A DNA stretch of 64,000 nt from Microbacterium sp. (GCF_044340635.1 NZ_JBIITF010000004.1:153731-217730), one strand, 5' to 3'; shown: positions 34,721 through 44,280, counted from the stretch's first letter. Translations and numbers: made by a program. Notes: generated by a model from the letters alone, not told the origin.

Positions 34721-34993
34721 TCAGCGCTTGTCGAAGTCGAACGCGCGCAGCAACTCCGCGACGGCCTGCTCGCGCTCCGTGCCGCCCTGCTCGAACATGG
34801 TCGTCACGTGGGTGCGCAGGTGGTTCTCGAGAAGCAGACGGTTGAGAGATTCGAGCGCCTTCTCGATGGCGCGGGACTGCGCGATGATGTCCATGCAGTA
34901 GTCCTCGTTCTCGATCATCTTGGTCAGCCCGCGCAGCTGCCCCTCGAGGATGCTCGTGCGGTGCAGGGCGCGCTTCTTGATGTCATCGATCAC
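34721..34993 (-). CDS. CsoR/RcnR-family transcriptional regulator
   Basis: LEGQLRGLTKMIENEDYC, LLENHLRTH. Confidence 0.87.
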   Translation of the reverse strand: MIDDIKKRALHRTSILEGQLRGLTKMIENEDYCMDIIAQSRAIEKALESLNRLLLENHLRTHVTTMFEQGGTEREQAVAELLRAFDFDKR

Positions 34994-35076
34994 GCCGCAA
35001 GATTACCGCTGTGGGCGTGCGGGCCGGGCGGCGCAACCCCCGCCGTGGCCACGGTTCGCCGTGCGAGGATGACCGG

Positions 35077-36351
35077 ATGGCACGCACCCCGATGGCCCTC
35101 CTGAGCCCCGCCGACCAGGCTCGCCGCCGCTCATTGACGCGCATGAAAGCCGTTGCGCTCGGCGCTCTGCTGTTCATGGCCGTCGTTTTCGTGTTCGCAT
35201 TCGCGTTCCAGCAGGAGGTGCCCTGGTTGGCATACGTCCGCGCGGCGGCCGAGGGCGGCATGGTGGGTGCGCTCGCGGATTGGTTCGCGGTGACGGCGCT
35301 GTTCCGCCATCCACTCGGCATCCCGATCCCGCACACGGCGATCATCCCCCATCGCAAGGACGAGATCGGCAGCACCCTCGGCGAATTCGTCGAGACGAAC
35401 TTCCTGTCGGCCGAAGTCGTGCGCGAGAAGCTCGAGAGCATCGGTGTCGCCTCGCGGCTCGGCACCTGGCTCGCACAGGATCAGCACGCCGAACGCGTGG
35501 CCTCGGAGGGTGCTGCGCTCGCGTCGGCCGTGCTCCGCGCCGTCAGCGACGACGATGTGCGGGACCTCATCGCCGACCTCGCACGCTCGCACGTGATCGA
35601 GCCCGAGTGGGGCCCCGCGGCCGGTGCCTGGCTCGGCCGCATCGTCGAGACCGGGGCGCATCACAACGCCGTCGACCTCGCCGCCGACTCGATCTCGACC
35701 TGGCTCGAGGGCAACCAGCATGCCTTCGCCGGTCTCGTCTCGCGGCGACTGCCCGGTTGGGTGCCCTCCATCGCGCACCGACTGGTGGACGACACCGTCT
35801 ACAAAGAGGCCGTGAACTTCGTGGCGGCGATGCGGGCCGACCCCGAGCATCCGGCGCGGATCGCGATCGATGGATATCTCGCGCGTCTCGCCGACAACCT
35901 GCAACACGATCCCGACACCATCGCCCGGCTCGAGAACGCCAAGGCGACGGTCTTCGACAGCCCGCGCGTGCGTGAACTCGCCGCGCAGCTCTGGGACACC
36001 GCGAAGAACGGCCTGCTGTCCTCGCTCGCAGACCCGGAGAGCGGGCTCCGGCTGCGCGCACGAGCGGCGTTGGCGGAGATCGGGGGACGCCTCGCTTCGG
36101 AGCCCGCACTGCAGCGCCGAGTCGACACCTGGGTGACGGATGCCGCGACGTTCGCCGTCGACCGCTACCGTCACGACATCGCCTCCGTCATCACCGACAC
36201 GATCGAACGGTGGGATCCCGAAGAGACCACGGAGAAGATCGAACTGATGGTCGGTCGCGACCTGCAGTACATCCGTCTCAACGGCACCATCGTCGGCGCG
36301 CTGGCCGGGCTGACGATCTTCACGGTGGCGCACGCGGTCTTCGGTGCATGA
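35077..36351 (+). CDS. DUF445 family membrane protein
   Basis: EGGMVGALADWFAVTALFRHP, HTAIIP, GRDLQYIRLNGTIVG. Confidence 0.9.
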   Translation: MARTPMALLSPADQARRRSLTRMKAVALGALLFMAVVFVFAFAFQQEVPWLAYVRAAAEGGMVGALADWFAVTALFRHPLGIPIPHTAIIPHRKDEIGSTLGEFVETNFLSAEVVREKLESIGVASRLGTWLAQDQHAERVASEGAALASAVLRAVSDDDVRDLIADLARSHVIEPEWGPAAGAWLGRIVETGAHHNAVDLAADSISTWLEGNQHAFAGLVSRRLPGWVPSIAHRLVDDTVYKEAVNFVAAMRADPEHPARIAIDGYLARLADNLQHDPDTIARLENAKATVFDSPRVRELAAQLWDTAKNGLLSSLADPESGLRLRARAALAEIGGRLASEPALQRRVDTWVTDAATFAVDRYRHDIASVITDTIERWDPEETTEKIELMVGRDLQYIRLNGTIVGALAGLTIFTVAHAVFGA

Positions 36352-36426
36352 CGCATGGACCGAAAAGCCTGGCCGCGGCCAACGACGATCGCTAGCCTGA
36401 TGCCGTGACCCGAGGCATCCGCTGAC

Positions 36427-36801
36427 ATGGCCCGCTCCGACCTGACCCGTCCCGACACCGCCGCGCCCGCTGTGGCCCTCTTCAGCTACGGCACGCTCCG
36501 CCTCCCGGGCGTGCAACTCGACACGTTCGGTCGGCTGCTCTCCGGTGAACCCGATGTCCTGCCGGGCTTCACGACGGACTATCTCGAAATCGGGGACGCG
36601 CGTGTCGCGGGGGTCAGCGGCCGCGACGTCCATCCGATCGTCCGCCGCACGGGAAACCACCTCGACAAGGTGGTCGGCGTCCTGCTCTGGGTCACGGAGG
36701 CCGAGCTCGAAGCCGCCGACGAGTACGAGGTCGAACAGTACAACCGGGTGTCGGTCACCCTCGGGAGCGGGCGCGACGCTTGGGTGTACGTCGCGCGCTG
36801 A
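36427..36801 (+). CDS. Gamma-glutamylcyclotransferase-like (AIG2) protein
   Basis: LFSYGTL, ELEAADEYE, YNRVSVTL, AWVYV. Confidence 0.82.
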   Translation: MARSDLTRPDTAAPAVALFSYGTLRLPGVQLDTFGRLLSGEPDVLPGFTTDYLEIGDARVAGVSGRDVHPIVRRTGNHLDKVVGVLLWVTEAELEAADEYEVEQYNRVSVTLGSGRDAWVYVAR

Positions 36802-36858
36802 CTCTCCAGGATGCGGGTCGCGCCGAGCATTCCGCCACGTCCGCTCAGTGCGGGGCCG

Positions 36859-36903
36859 AGGGGTGCAACCTGGGGGTGGGGGGTGCCTCGAGGTTGCACC
36901 CCT
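36859..36903. repeat. Perfect 13-bp inverted repeat
   Basis: AGGGGTGCAACCT-N19-AGGTTGCACCCCT. Confidence 0.8.
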
Positions 36904-37118
36904 GCCCCCCACTGGTATTGCGGGGACCTGCCGTCCGGCATCCGTCGGTTCGGGTCCGACGGGAGGCGCGGCAGGCGATCGAGGGGAGATGCGACACGGC
37001 GTCGTGGCTCCGCAGATGGTGCTCTCCATAGGTATCGCACCGACACGGGGCCCGTCCAGCACCATGGCGATATATCTGGGCGCGTCGTGTCGGGCCGGGT
37101 CCCCGAGCCCGGGCCGCT

Positions 37119-37137
37119 CGCTGAGCCTGTCGAAGCG
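37119..37137. repeat. Single arm of REP family B
   Basis: CGCTGAGCCTGTCGAAGCG. Confidence 0.65.
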
Positions 37138-37164
37138 ACCCGCTGGACCTCGTAAGGTGGCCGC

Positions 37165-37662
37165 ATGAAGACGCTTGCTCTGGTCCGCCATGCGAAATCG
37201 AGCTGGGACCACCCCGGCGTCGACGACCACGACCGACCCCTAAACGCACGGGGCATCCGTGACGCGCCCCGGATGGCCGCGGTTCTGGCGGCTCAGCATC
37301 CGAACCTGAGCGGTGCCGCTCTGCTCTCGAGCACCGCGCTCCGCGCCGTCACCACCGCGGATGCCTTCGCCTCCGCGGTCGACACGACCGTCCGCCTCGA
37401 CGAGCGCCTCTACGGCGCCACCCCGCGCCGCATCGTCGAGCTGGTCTCGGCGCGCTCCGAGGCCTCCGTGATCGTTGTGGCGCACGATCCGGGCTTGTCG
37501 GATCTCGCTCGGCATTGGTCGAGATTTCCGGACGATGGCGGTATCCCGCACATGCCGACCTGCGCGGTGGCGGTGTTCGACTTCGGCATCGACGACTGGC
37601 GGGACCTCGAAGCATCCGTCCCCGAGCGATGGACATACGACGTTCCGCGCGACTCCGACTAA
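37165..37662 (+). CDS. Histidine phosphatase, SixA-like
   Basis: LVRHAKSSW, DHDRPLNARG, SSTALRA, VAHDPG. Confidence 0.88.
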   Translation: MKTLALVRHAKSSWDHPGVDDHDRPLNARGIRDAPRMAAVLAAQHPNLSGAALLSSTALRAVTTADAFASAVDTTVRLDERLYGATPRRIVELVSARSEASVIVVAHDPGLSDLARHWSRFPDDGGIPHMPTCAVAVFDFGIDDWRDLEASVPERWTYDVPRDSD

Positions 37663-37690
37663 TCGGTCTTCGGCACCGACGGCCTGCGTC

Positions 37691-38167
37691 CTAGTCGACC
37701 TTCGTCACGGCGCCGCCCGTGATGCGCACGAGCTCGTCGAACGACAGCGGGAAGACCGTGTGCGGTGTGCCGGCTGCGGCCCACAGCTCCGGGTACGCGG
37801 CGAGGTGCTCGTCGACGATCGTCGTGAGCTGCGCGGGGTGTCCGGTCGGGGCGACTCCCCCGATGGCCTGACCGGTGGCCTCGCGTACCTGATCGGGTGT
37901 TGCTCGCACGATCGACTGCCGGCCGATCCGTGCCGCCAGGGCATCGGTGTCGACCCGGTGCGAGCCGCTCGTCATGACCAGCAGCGGCTCGCCGTCGCTC
38001 CAGAACACCAGGCTGTTGGCGATCGCCCCGACATCGACGCCCAGCGCCGCTGCGGCGAGCGCGGCGGTCGATGCGGCATCGGGCAGCACGACGATCTGAC
38101 CCGGGACGCCGGCCTCGGCGAGGCGGTCGGCGACGATTCTGCTGCGGGGCGAGAGGTCTGCGTTCAC
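37691..38167 (-). CDS. YbaK/EbsC aminoacyl-tRNA editing family protein
   Basis: IANSLVF, SGSHRVD, TGQAIGGVAP, WAAAGTPH. Confidence 0.9.
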   Translation of the reverse strand: MNADLSPRSRIVADRLAEAGVPGQIVVLPDAASTAALAAAALGVDVGAIANSLVFWSDGEPLLVMTSGSHRVDTDALAARIGRQSIVRATPDQVREATGQAIGGVAPTGHPAQLTTIVDEHLAAYPELWAAAGTPHTVFPLSFDELVRITGGAVTKVD

Positions 38168-38222
38168 GGATCCACCCTAGAGGGGGGTTCGCGGGGTCGT
38201 GCAGCGACGGCGCCACCTCGTC

Positions 38223-38312
38223 GCGAACATCTCGAAGGGACGATCCGCGATTTTCGCCCGGATTCGTGCTGATTCGGGCCTCAAACGCGTGTGGCACCTC
38301 CGAGATGTCCGC
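38223..38312. repeat. 90-bp hairpin (family A) overlapping the DUF559 gene 3' end
   Basis: GCGAACATCTCGAAGGGA ... GCACCTCCGAGATGTCCGC, plus an inner stem GCCCGGAT/ATTCGGGC. Confidence 0.85.
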
Positions 38313-39159
38313 TTCGGCCCGCGCGCAGCATCCCGGCGATGGCCTCGATGACAACCTCCGGGCGGTACAGAATGTCCTCCGCGGCAGGACGAATCCTGAC
38401 GTACCCGCGCGCGGCGAGCGCGAGATCCCGACGCCTGTCGTCGAGTTGCTTCTGCCATTCCGAGTGGTACGCGCGACTGTCGCACTCGATCACGAGCCAC
38501 CCATCGACGACCATGTCGACCCGCCCGACACCCCGGATTCTCACCTGCAGATCGACACTCCCGCCGAGCGCCCGCACCATGAGACGAACCAGCGTCTCGG
38601 TTCCGGCTTCCGCACGGCCATCGATGTGTTGCCGGATCTCACGACGCCTGGCGGGGATCACGGCGAACATCTCGTCGAGTTCATCGGCCCGCACGATTCC
38701 ACAGTTCAGAGCCGAGTCGATCGAGGCGATGGCCGCGTGCGGTGACTGGCAGATCACGGCTTGCCGGAGCGCGTCGAGCGGCTCGACCACGAGCGCGCGG
38801 GGATGCACGACGCGTAACAACCGCCCCCAATGCCGAACGGTGGCGTCGCCCGGACCGCGGATCGCCCCGTTCGTCCGCATGTGCGCATGCACCCCGTGTC
38901 GCTCCTGAACGAAGACATCCCAGAGCTCCAACGCCGACACGCAGCCGACAAGCCCGCCCGCGCGCGCCGCTGTTTTGATCGCCTCGGGTTCGCTCGCTGC
39001 GACGTACACATCGTTCCGCGCACGAACCAACGACCCACTTCTCAGCTCGTGAGAAATCTGGCGACGGCTATGACCCGCCGCCCTCAGGTCGGCGTAAGAG
39101 CGGGAGCGATGGGCGACCCGGACACTGTTCATGGCGACAGGCTGGCGACCCCCGAACAT
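38281..39159 (-). CDS. DUF559/Vsr-like PD-(D/E)XK endonuclease with AbiEi-like N-terminal HTH
   Basis: RAEAGTETLVRL, GRVDMVVDGWLVIECDSRAYH..DRRRDLAL; start uncertain (39159 or 39132). Confidence 0.8.
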   Translation of the reverse strand: MFGGRQPVAMNSVRVAHRSRSYADLRAAGHSRRQISHELRSGSLVRARNDVYVAASEPEAIKTAARAGGLVGCVSALELWDVFVQERHGVHAHMRTNGAIRGPGDATVRHWGRLLRVVHPRALVVEPLDALRQAVICQSPHAAIASIDSALNCGIVRADELDEMFAVIPARRREIRQHIDGRAEAGTETLVRLMVRALGGSVDLQVRIRGVGRVDMVVDGWLVIECDSRAYHSEWQKQLDDRRRDLALAARGYVRIRPAAEDILYRPEVVIEAIAGMLRAGRSGHLGGATRV

Positions 39160-39269
39160 CGACACACGTCGAACCGGTGCAATGGTGGACAGGCCTTCTC
39201 CAGCCCCGGTTGTGGAGGGACAACCGCGAGACACAGCGAGCGCACGCACAGCCGGCGGGGTGACGCGAC

Positions 39270-39359
39270 GCGAGCATCCGAGAGGTGCCGTGGTGCGCAC
39301 GACGTCTGGTGTGCAACAAAAGCCACAAGAACAACGCTTGGTACCTCTCGGGTGTTCGC
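39270..39359. repeat. 90-bp hairpin (family A) upstream of the DUF559 gene
   Basis: GCGAGCATCCGAGAGGTGCC pairs with GGTACCTCTCGGGTGTTCGC, 17/20; all three mismatches are G.T-compatible. Confidence 0.85.
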
Positions 39360-39422
39360 CGCGGCGCCGAACCGGCGCGCGGGGCCGGGAATGTACATGC
39401 GCGCACATGCGTTTAACCCCCC

Positions 39423-40475
39423 ATGCACCGCAAACGCATCGGGTTCCTCAGCTTCGGCCACTGGCACCCCCACCACTCGAGCCAGACGAACACGGGCGGC
39501 GACGCGCTGCTTCAATCGATCGAGCTGGCCGTCGCGGCGGAGGAACTCGGCATCGACGGCGCCTACTACCGCGTGCACCACTTCGCACGCCAGCTCGCGA
39601 GCCCCTTCCCGCTTCTCGCCGCCGCGGGCGCCCGCACGAGCCGCATCGAACTCGGCACGGGCGTCATCGACATGCGGTACGAGAATCCCCTGTATATGGC
39701 CGAAGAGGCCGCGGTAGCCGACCTGATCAGCGGCGGCCGACTGCAGCTCGGCCTGAGCCGGGGGTCACCCGAGCCGGCACTCAACGGATCACACGCATTC
39801 GGCTACGTCCCCGCTGAGGGCGACACCGAGGCAGACCTCGCGCGCCGCAAGACCGAACTGTTCCGCACCGCGATCAGCGGCGAGCGGATCGTGCGAGCCG
39901 ACCCGCGCATGAGCGGCGACGGGGCCCTCGTGATCCAGCCCCAGTCCCCTGGCCTTTCGGACCGCATCTGGTGGGGCTCCGGCACCCGCGAGACCGCCGT
40001 CCGCACGGCGGAACTCGGCATGAACCTCATGTCATCCACCCTCCTGGTCGAAGACACGGGCGTGCCCTTCGACGAGCTGCAGCTGGAGCAGATCGAGATG
40101 TTCCGCGCGGCCTGGGCCGAGGCCGGCTGGGACCGCGAACCGCGCGTCAGCGTGAGCCGCAGCGTGATTCCGATCACGAGCGACCTCGACCGCCAGCTCT
40201 TCAGCTCCCGCGAGGACAGCCAGGATCAGGTCGGAATCCTCGAGGGCGTGCGAGCGCGGTTCGGCAAGAGCTACACCGGCGAACCCGACGCGATCGCGGC
40301 CGAGTTGGCGCAGGATGCCGCGGTCCAGGCGGCCGACACCGTTCTGCTGACCGTGCCCAACCAACTCGGGGTCGAGTACAACGCACGCATGCTCGAGACG
40401 ATAGCCCGCGAGATCGCCCCGGCGTTCGGGTGGTCGAGAGAGGAAGCTGCGGAGCCCGTAGGCCGCGGGCGGTAG
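39423..40475 (+). CDS. Luciferase-like (LLM) flavin-dependent oxidoreductase
   Basis: GFLSFGHW, RVHHFA, IELGTGVIDMRYENP, RIWWGSG. Confidence 0.9.
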   Translation: MHRKRIGFLSFGHWHPHHSSQTNTGGDALLQSIELAVAAEELGIDGAYYRVHHFARQLASPFPLLAAAGARTSRIELGTGVIDMRYENPLYMAEEAAVADLISGGRLQLGLSRGSPEPALNGSHAFGYVPAEGDTEADLARRKTELFRTAISGERIVRADPRMSGDGALVIQPQSPGLSDRIWWGSGTRETAVRTAELGMNLMSSTLLVEDTGVPFDELQLEQIEMFRAAWAEAGWDREPRVSVSRSVIPITSDLDRQLFSSREDSQDQVGILEGVRARFGKSYTGEPDAIAAELAQDAAVQAADTVLLTVPNQLGVEYNARMLETIAREIAPAFGWSREEAAEPVGRGR

Positions 40476-40496
40476 GGCCGCCCCGCTGGCTCCACC

Positions 40497-41354
40497 TCAC
40501 ACGAAGCGCCTCACGAAGGCGAGTGCGGTATCGGCGACCTCTCGCCACCCGTGATCGATGGTGAGCGAGTGTCCGCGCCCCGGTATCTCGACGATCTCGG
40601 TGACGCCCGGGTTCTTGCTCTGCTGTTTGTGAGTCGCGTGCGTGATGGCGAGCGGTACCGTGTTGTCGCTGTCTCCCGCGATGATCAGCATCGGACCGCG
40701 GAGCGGGTTCTTGGTGTCGACCTTCGTCTCCGAGAACGGATTGAGGTTCGCCGTCGCCGCCTGGAAGAGCGGCACCCCGCTGGCCGGCACGTGGTAGTGC
40801 TCGTAGAGGGCGCGTCCTTCGTCTTCATCGAGGTTGTTGACCCAGCCGAAGGCGAACTGTTCGTACGTCAGCGACACCGCTCGTCCGGCATTGGCGGGAT
40901 TGGCAAGCACCGGCGAGGCGGACTTTAGTGCCGAGATCGGGAGGGGCAGCACTCCGCGGAACGGTGCGTTGTCGATTGCCACGGTCGCCGCGGATGCGCC
41001 TTCGCCCGCGATCTTCTGAGCGATGAGACCCCCGAAGGAGTGCCCGATGACAGCCGGCTTGATCCCGAGGTGCGAAATCGCCTCGAGGTAGTGGTCGGTG
41101 ACCTGCTGCACCATCTTGTGCGCGAAGACTTCGGGGTCGGTCCGCGCCTGCTCGACGCCCGCGGGGTCGTCGGGCCAACCCGGCGCGATCGTCGAGTAGC
41201 CGTTCTGTTCGAAGAGATCGCGCCAGGCATCCCAACTGCTCGAGAGCAGCCAGAGTCCGTGCACGAAAACGACCGGCACACGTCCGGTCTCGTTGGCGCG
41301 GCTGATCTCATCGAGCTCACGTTGGGTGAGCGTGGAACCTTCGGATGCGGACAT
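40497..41354 (-). CDS. Alpha/beta hydrolase (non-heme haloperoxidase-like)
   Basis: VVFVHGLW, GHSFGG, AGDSDNTV, GRGHSL. Confidence 0.87.
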   Translation of the reverse strand: MSASEGSTLTQRELDEISRANETGRVPVVFVHGLWLLSSSWDAWRDLFEQNGYSTIAPGWPDDPAGVEQARTDPEVFAHKMVQQVTDHYLEAISHLGIKPAVIGHSFGGLIAQKIAGEGASAATVAIDNAPFRGVLPLPISALKSASPVLANPANAGRAVSLTYEQFAFGWVNNLDEDEGRALYEHYHVPASGVPLFQAATANLNPFSETKVDTKNPLRGPMLIIAGDSDNTVPLAITHATHKQQSKNPGVTEIVEIPGRGHSLTIDHGWREVADTALAFVRRFV

Positions 41355-41521
41355 GAGCGGGCCTTTCGTCGTCGGCGAGGGTGTCTGTCGACCCTGTCGC
41401 GCGAGAGACCCCACGTCTTGAACTCCGACGCACTCGCCTGTTCCCGTTCTGTACCGGCCGGGTTGGGATCGCTACCATCGTCGCAGCGGCACACCAATCG
41501 GCGTGCGCGATCGGAGGGGCC

Positions 41522-42487
41522 GTGGCAGCGGTCATCGAACTCGAGGGCCTCCCGGCTACCGACCGGGTGGACATCCTTCGCGAGCACATGCTCACGGCAC
41601 GCATCCCCCTCGAGTTGCGCCCCTACCCCGGCCTCGACATTCGTGTGCGCTCTTTCGTCGCAGACTTCGGTGATATCCAGCTGCTGTCCGTCCGGGCCGC
41701 GGGCGGTCAGATCGAGCGCACGGCTCGACTGGCTCAGGATGCCTCGATCCCGAGTCTGCTCATCAGTGTCGTCGAGAGCGGCACGACCCTCCTCGCCCAG
41801 GCGGGACGGGTTGCCCGTCTCCGGGCCGGCGATATGGTGCTGTACACCTCGTCCGAGCCGTATGTGATCCGATTCGCCCCGGGTACCGTGCGGCTGACCT
41901 ACCAGGTTCCGATCGACAGGCTGGGGCTCCCCCGTCGGCTCATCCGTTCTCGGGTTGCGCGCGCTCTCGATCCGCGTGAGACCCTGGTCTCGGTGACCTC
42001 GGCTTTTCTCGCTCGCGCGGCGTCCGTCGCCCGCGGCGCGTCTGCAGAGGAACGGGGCGCCCTGCAACAGCCGATCATCGAGCTCGTGCGCGCGTTGCTG
42101 ACCGTGAACGTCGCCGACGAGCGACCCGGGCGCGACGCTCTTGGCACATCCCTGGGCGTGCGTATGGCCGAGTACCTCGAAACGCGGATCTCGGATTCCG
42201 ACCTGTCGGCGGCGTCCATCGCGGCGGAATTCGGAATCTCGGAGCGCTACGTCTACCTGGTGCTGAGCCGGATGGGCATCTCGCTCGGGGATTGGGTGCG
42301 CACTCGGCGGCTCGAGTTGGCAGCCGCGGCCCTCGCGAAGGACACGAGCGGGCTGTTGTCCATCTCGTCCGTCGCCTACCGCTGGGGTTTCGCCGACCAC
42401 GCCCACTTCAGTCGCGCGTTTCGTGCGCACCTCGGGATGACGCCGACCGAGTGGCGCCGACAGTCGGCGACTCAGGGCACGCGGTGA
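41522..42487 (+). CDS. AraC-family transcriptional regulator (FeaR/NitR-type)
   Basis: C-terminal double HTH: SAASIAAEFGISERYV, ISSVAYRWGFADHAHFSRAFRAHLGMTP; divergent from the hydrolase gene. Confidence 0.88.
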   Translation: MAAVIELEGLPATDRVDILREHMLTARIPLELRPYPGLDIRVRSFVADFGDIQLLSVRAAGGQIERTARLAQDASIPSLLISVVESGTTLLAQAGRVARLRAGDMVLYTSSEPYVIRFAPGTVRLTYQVPIDRLGLPRRLIRSRVARALDPRETLVSVTSAFLARAASVARGASAEERGALQQPIIELVRALLTVNVADERPGRDALGTSLGVRMAEYLETRISDSDLSAASIAAEFGISERYVYLVLSRMGISLGDWVRTRRLELAAAALAKDTSGLLSISSVAYRWGFADHAHFSRAFRAHLGMTPTEWRRQSATQGTR

Positions 42488-43401
42488 CCTGCGGCGCGCG
42501 CGAGTTCGTACCACTCGGCGCGTGTCAGCGGGATGTCCGAGCCGAGGGCAGCCCCGGCGACGCGCTCCGGTGAGGTCGTGCCGAGCACGACCTGCATGTT
42601 CGCCGGGTGGCGGGTGATCCAGGCCGTCGCGATAGCGATTGCGGGAACCCCGTACGACGCAGCGAGCCGGTCGATCACGGCATTCAGCTCGGGATAGTCG
42701 GGCGAACCGAGGAATACCCCGGAGAAGAATCCGGACTGGAACGGCGACCAAGTCTGCACGGTGATGTCGTGCAGACGGCAGTAGTCGACGATGCCGCCGC
42801 CATCGAGCACGACCGACTGGTCGACGCCCTGCATGTTGCTGGCGAGACCCTGGACGACGATCGGCGAGTGCGTGATCGACAGCTGCAGCTGGTTCGCGAC
42901 GAGCGGCTGCGTGACGGCCGACTTCAGCAGATCGATCTGGCGGGGCGTGTGATTCGAGACACCGAATGCGCGGACCTTGCCGGAAGCCTCGAGCTCATCG
43001 AATGCGCGCGCGACCTCGTCCGGCTCGACCAGCGCGTCGGGCCGGTGCAGCAGCAGGATGTCGATGCGATCGGTGTCGAGCGCGCGGAGCGATCCCTCGA
43101 CGGACGAGATGATGTGCTCGTACGAGAAGTCGAAGTAGGGCCCCTCGCGAACGATGCCGCACTTGGTCTGCAGCGTGATCTCGTCGCGCTGGGCGGGCGT
43201 GAACCGCATCGCCTCGGCGAAGCGCCGCTCGCACCCGTGCAGGTCCGAACCGTACACATCGGCGTGGTCGAAGAAGTCGATCCCGGCGTCTCGTGCCGCA
43301 GCGATCAGCTCACGCACTTCATCGTCGGTCTTGTCCTGGATGCGCATCAGGCCCAGTACGACGTTCGGTGCTGACGTGCCTGCGAGGGTGATGTTCTTCA
43401 T
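42472..43401 (-). CDS. Aldo/keto reductase (YdhF-like)
   Basis: FFDHADVYG, LQTKCGI, ILLLHRPD, FGVSN. Confidence 0.9.
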   Translation of the reverse strand: MKNITLAGTSAPNVVLGLMRIQDKTDDEVRELIAAARDAGIDFFDHADVYGSDLHGCERRFAEAMRFTPAQRDEITLQTKCGIVREGPYFDFSYEHIISSVEGSLRALDTDRIDILLLHRPDALVEPDEVARAFDELEASGKVRAFGVSNHTPRQIDLLKSAVTQPLVANQLQLSITHSPIVVQGLASNMQGVDQSVVLDGGGIVDYCRLHDITVQTWSPFQSGFFSGVFLGSPDYPELNAVIDRLAASYGVPAIAIATAWITRHPANMQVVLGTTSPERVAGAALGSDIPLTRAEWYELARAAGHRVP

Positions 43402-43422
43402 GATCGTCTCCGAAAGCCGTAT

Positions 43423-44280
43423 TCAGCCGGAAAGTGAGGCGAGCTCGTCGTCGCTCAGTTCGATGCCGGCCGCAAGCACCGAATCCTGGATGCTCTTGGC
43501 TCGCGAGGCCCCGGGGATGGGGATGACGATCGGGGCGAGCGCGAGTTCCCACGCCAGCGCGATCTGCTGAGGGCTCACGCCCCGAGCATCCGCCACCGTC
43601 TGGAATGCGTCATGTTGAGCGCCCACGTCGGCCGCCCGGGTGATACCACCGAGCGGCGACCAGGGCAGGAACGCGATACCCAGGCGGGCGCAGTGCTCGA
43701 GTTCTTCGAGGCTCGAGCGGAATGCCGGCGAGAACTGATTCTGCACCGAGACGAGCCGGCCGTCGAGGATGCGGTTCGCCTCGTCGATCTGAGCGGTCGA
43801 GGCGTTGGAGATTCCCGCCATCTCGATGACGCCCTCGTCGAGCAGTTCGCGCAGCGCCCCCACCGACTCGGCGTAGGGCACAGAAGGGTCGGGCCGGTGG
43901 AACTGGTACAGGCCGATCGCCTCGACCCCGAGACGACGAGCGGATGCCTGGGCCGCTTCCTTGATGTACTCGGGCCGCCCGTTGAGGGTCCAACTACCAT
44001 CGCCCGGCCGCAGGTGTCCGCCCTTGGTCGCGACCAGGACGCCAGACGTGTCCCCGCCGTACGAGCCGAGTGCCTCGGCGATCAGCGTCTCGTTGTGGCC
44101 GACCTCGTCCGCGTGCTCGTGGTACGCGTCCGCTGTGTCGATGAGCGTGACGCCCGCATCGAGCGCGGCGTGGATGGTCGCGATCGACCGGACCCGATCG
44201 GGCCTTCCCTCGATCGACATCGGCATGCCGCCGAGTCCGATCGCGCTGACGGTACGGGATCCGATGGGTCGCTGCTGCAA
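43423..44280 (-). CDS. Aldo/keto reductase
   Basis: TTG start with an AAGGA RBS; IGLGGMPMS, LIDTADAY, ATKGGH, LYQFHRPD. Confidence 0.88.
   Translation of the reverse strand: MQQRPIGSRTVSAIGLGGMPMSIEGRPDRVRSIATIHAALDAGVTLIDTADAYHEHADEVGHNETLIAEALGSYGGDTSGVLVATKGGHLRPGDGSWTLNGRPEYIKEAAQASARRLGVEAIGLYQFHRPDPSVPYAESVGALRELLDEGVIEMAGISNASTAQIDEANRILDGRLVSVQNQFSPAFRSSLEELEHCARLGIAFLPWSPLGGITRAADVGAQHDAFQTVADARGVSPQQIALAWELALAPIVIPIPGASRAKSIQDSVLAAGIELSDDELASLSG

Noticed and set aside
38281-39159. AbiE (type IV) toxin-antitoxin system
   Set aside because: No AbiEii nucleotidyltransferase partner is adjacent; neighbours are ybaK and an LLM oxidoreductase.
39183-39190. TGGTGGAC matching the tRNA-Ala 3' end as a possible att site
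   Set aside because: Only 8 nt, expected by chance, and no integrase is present.
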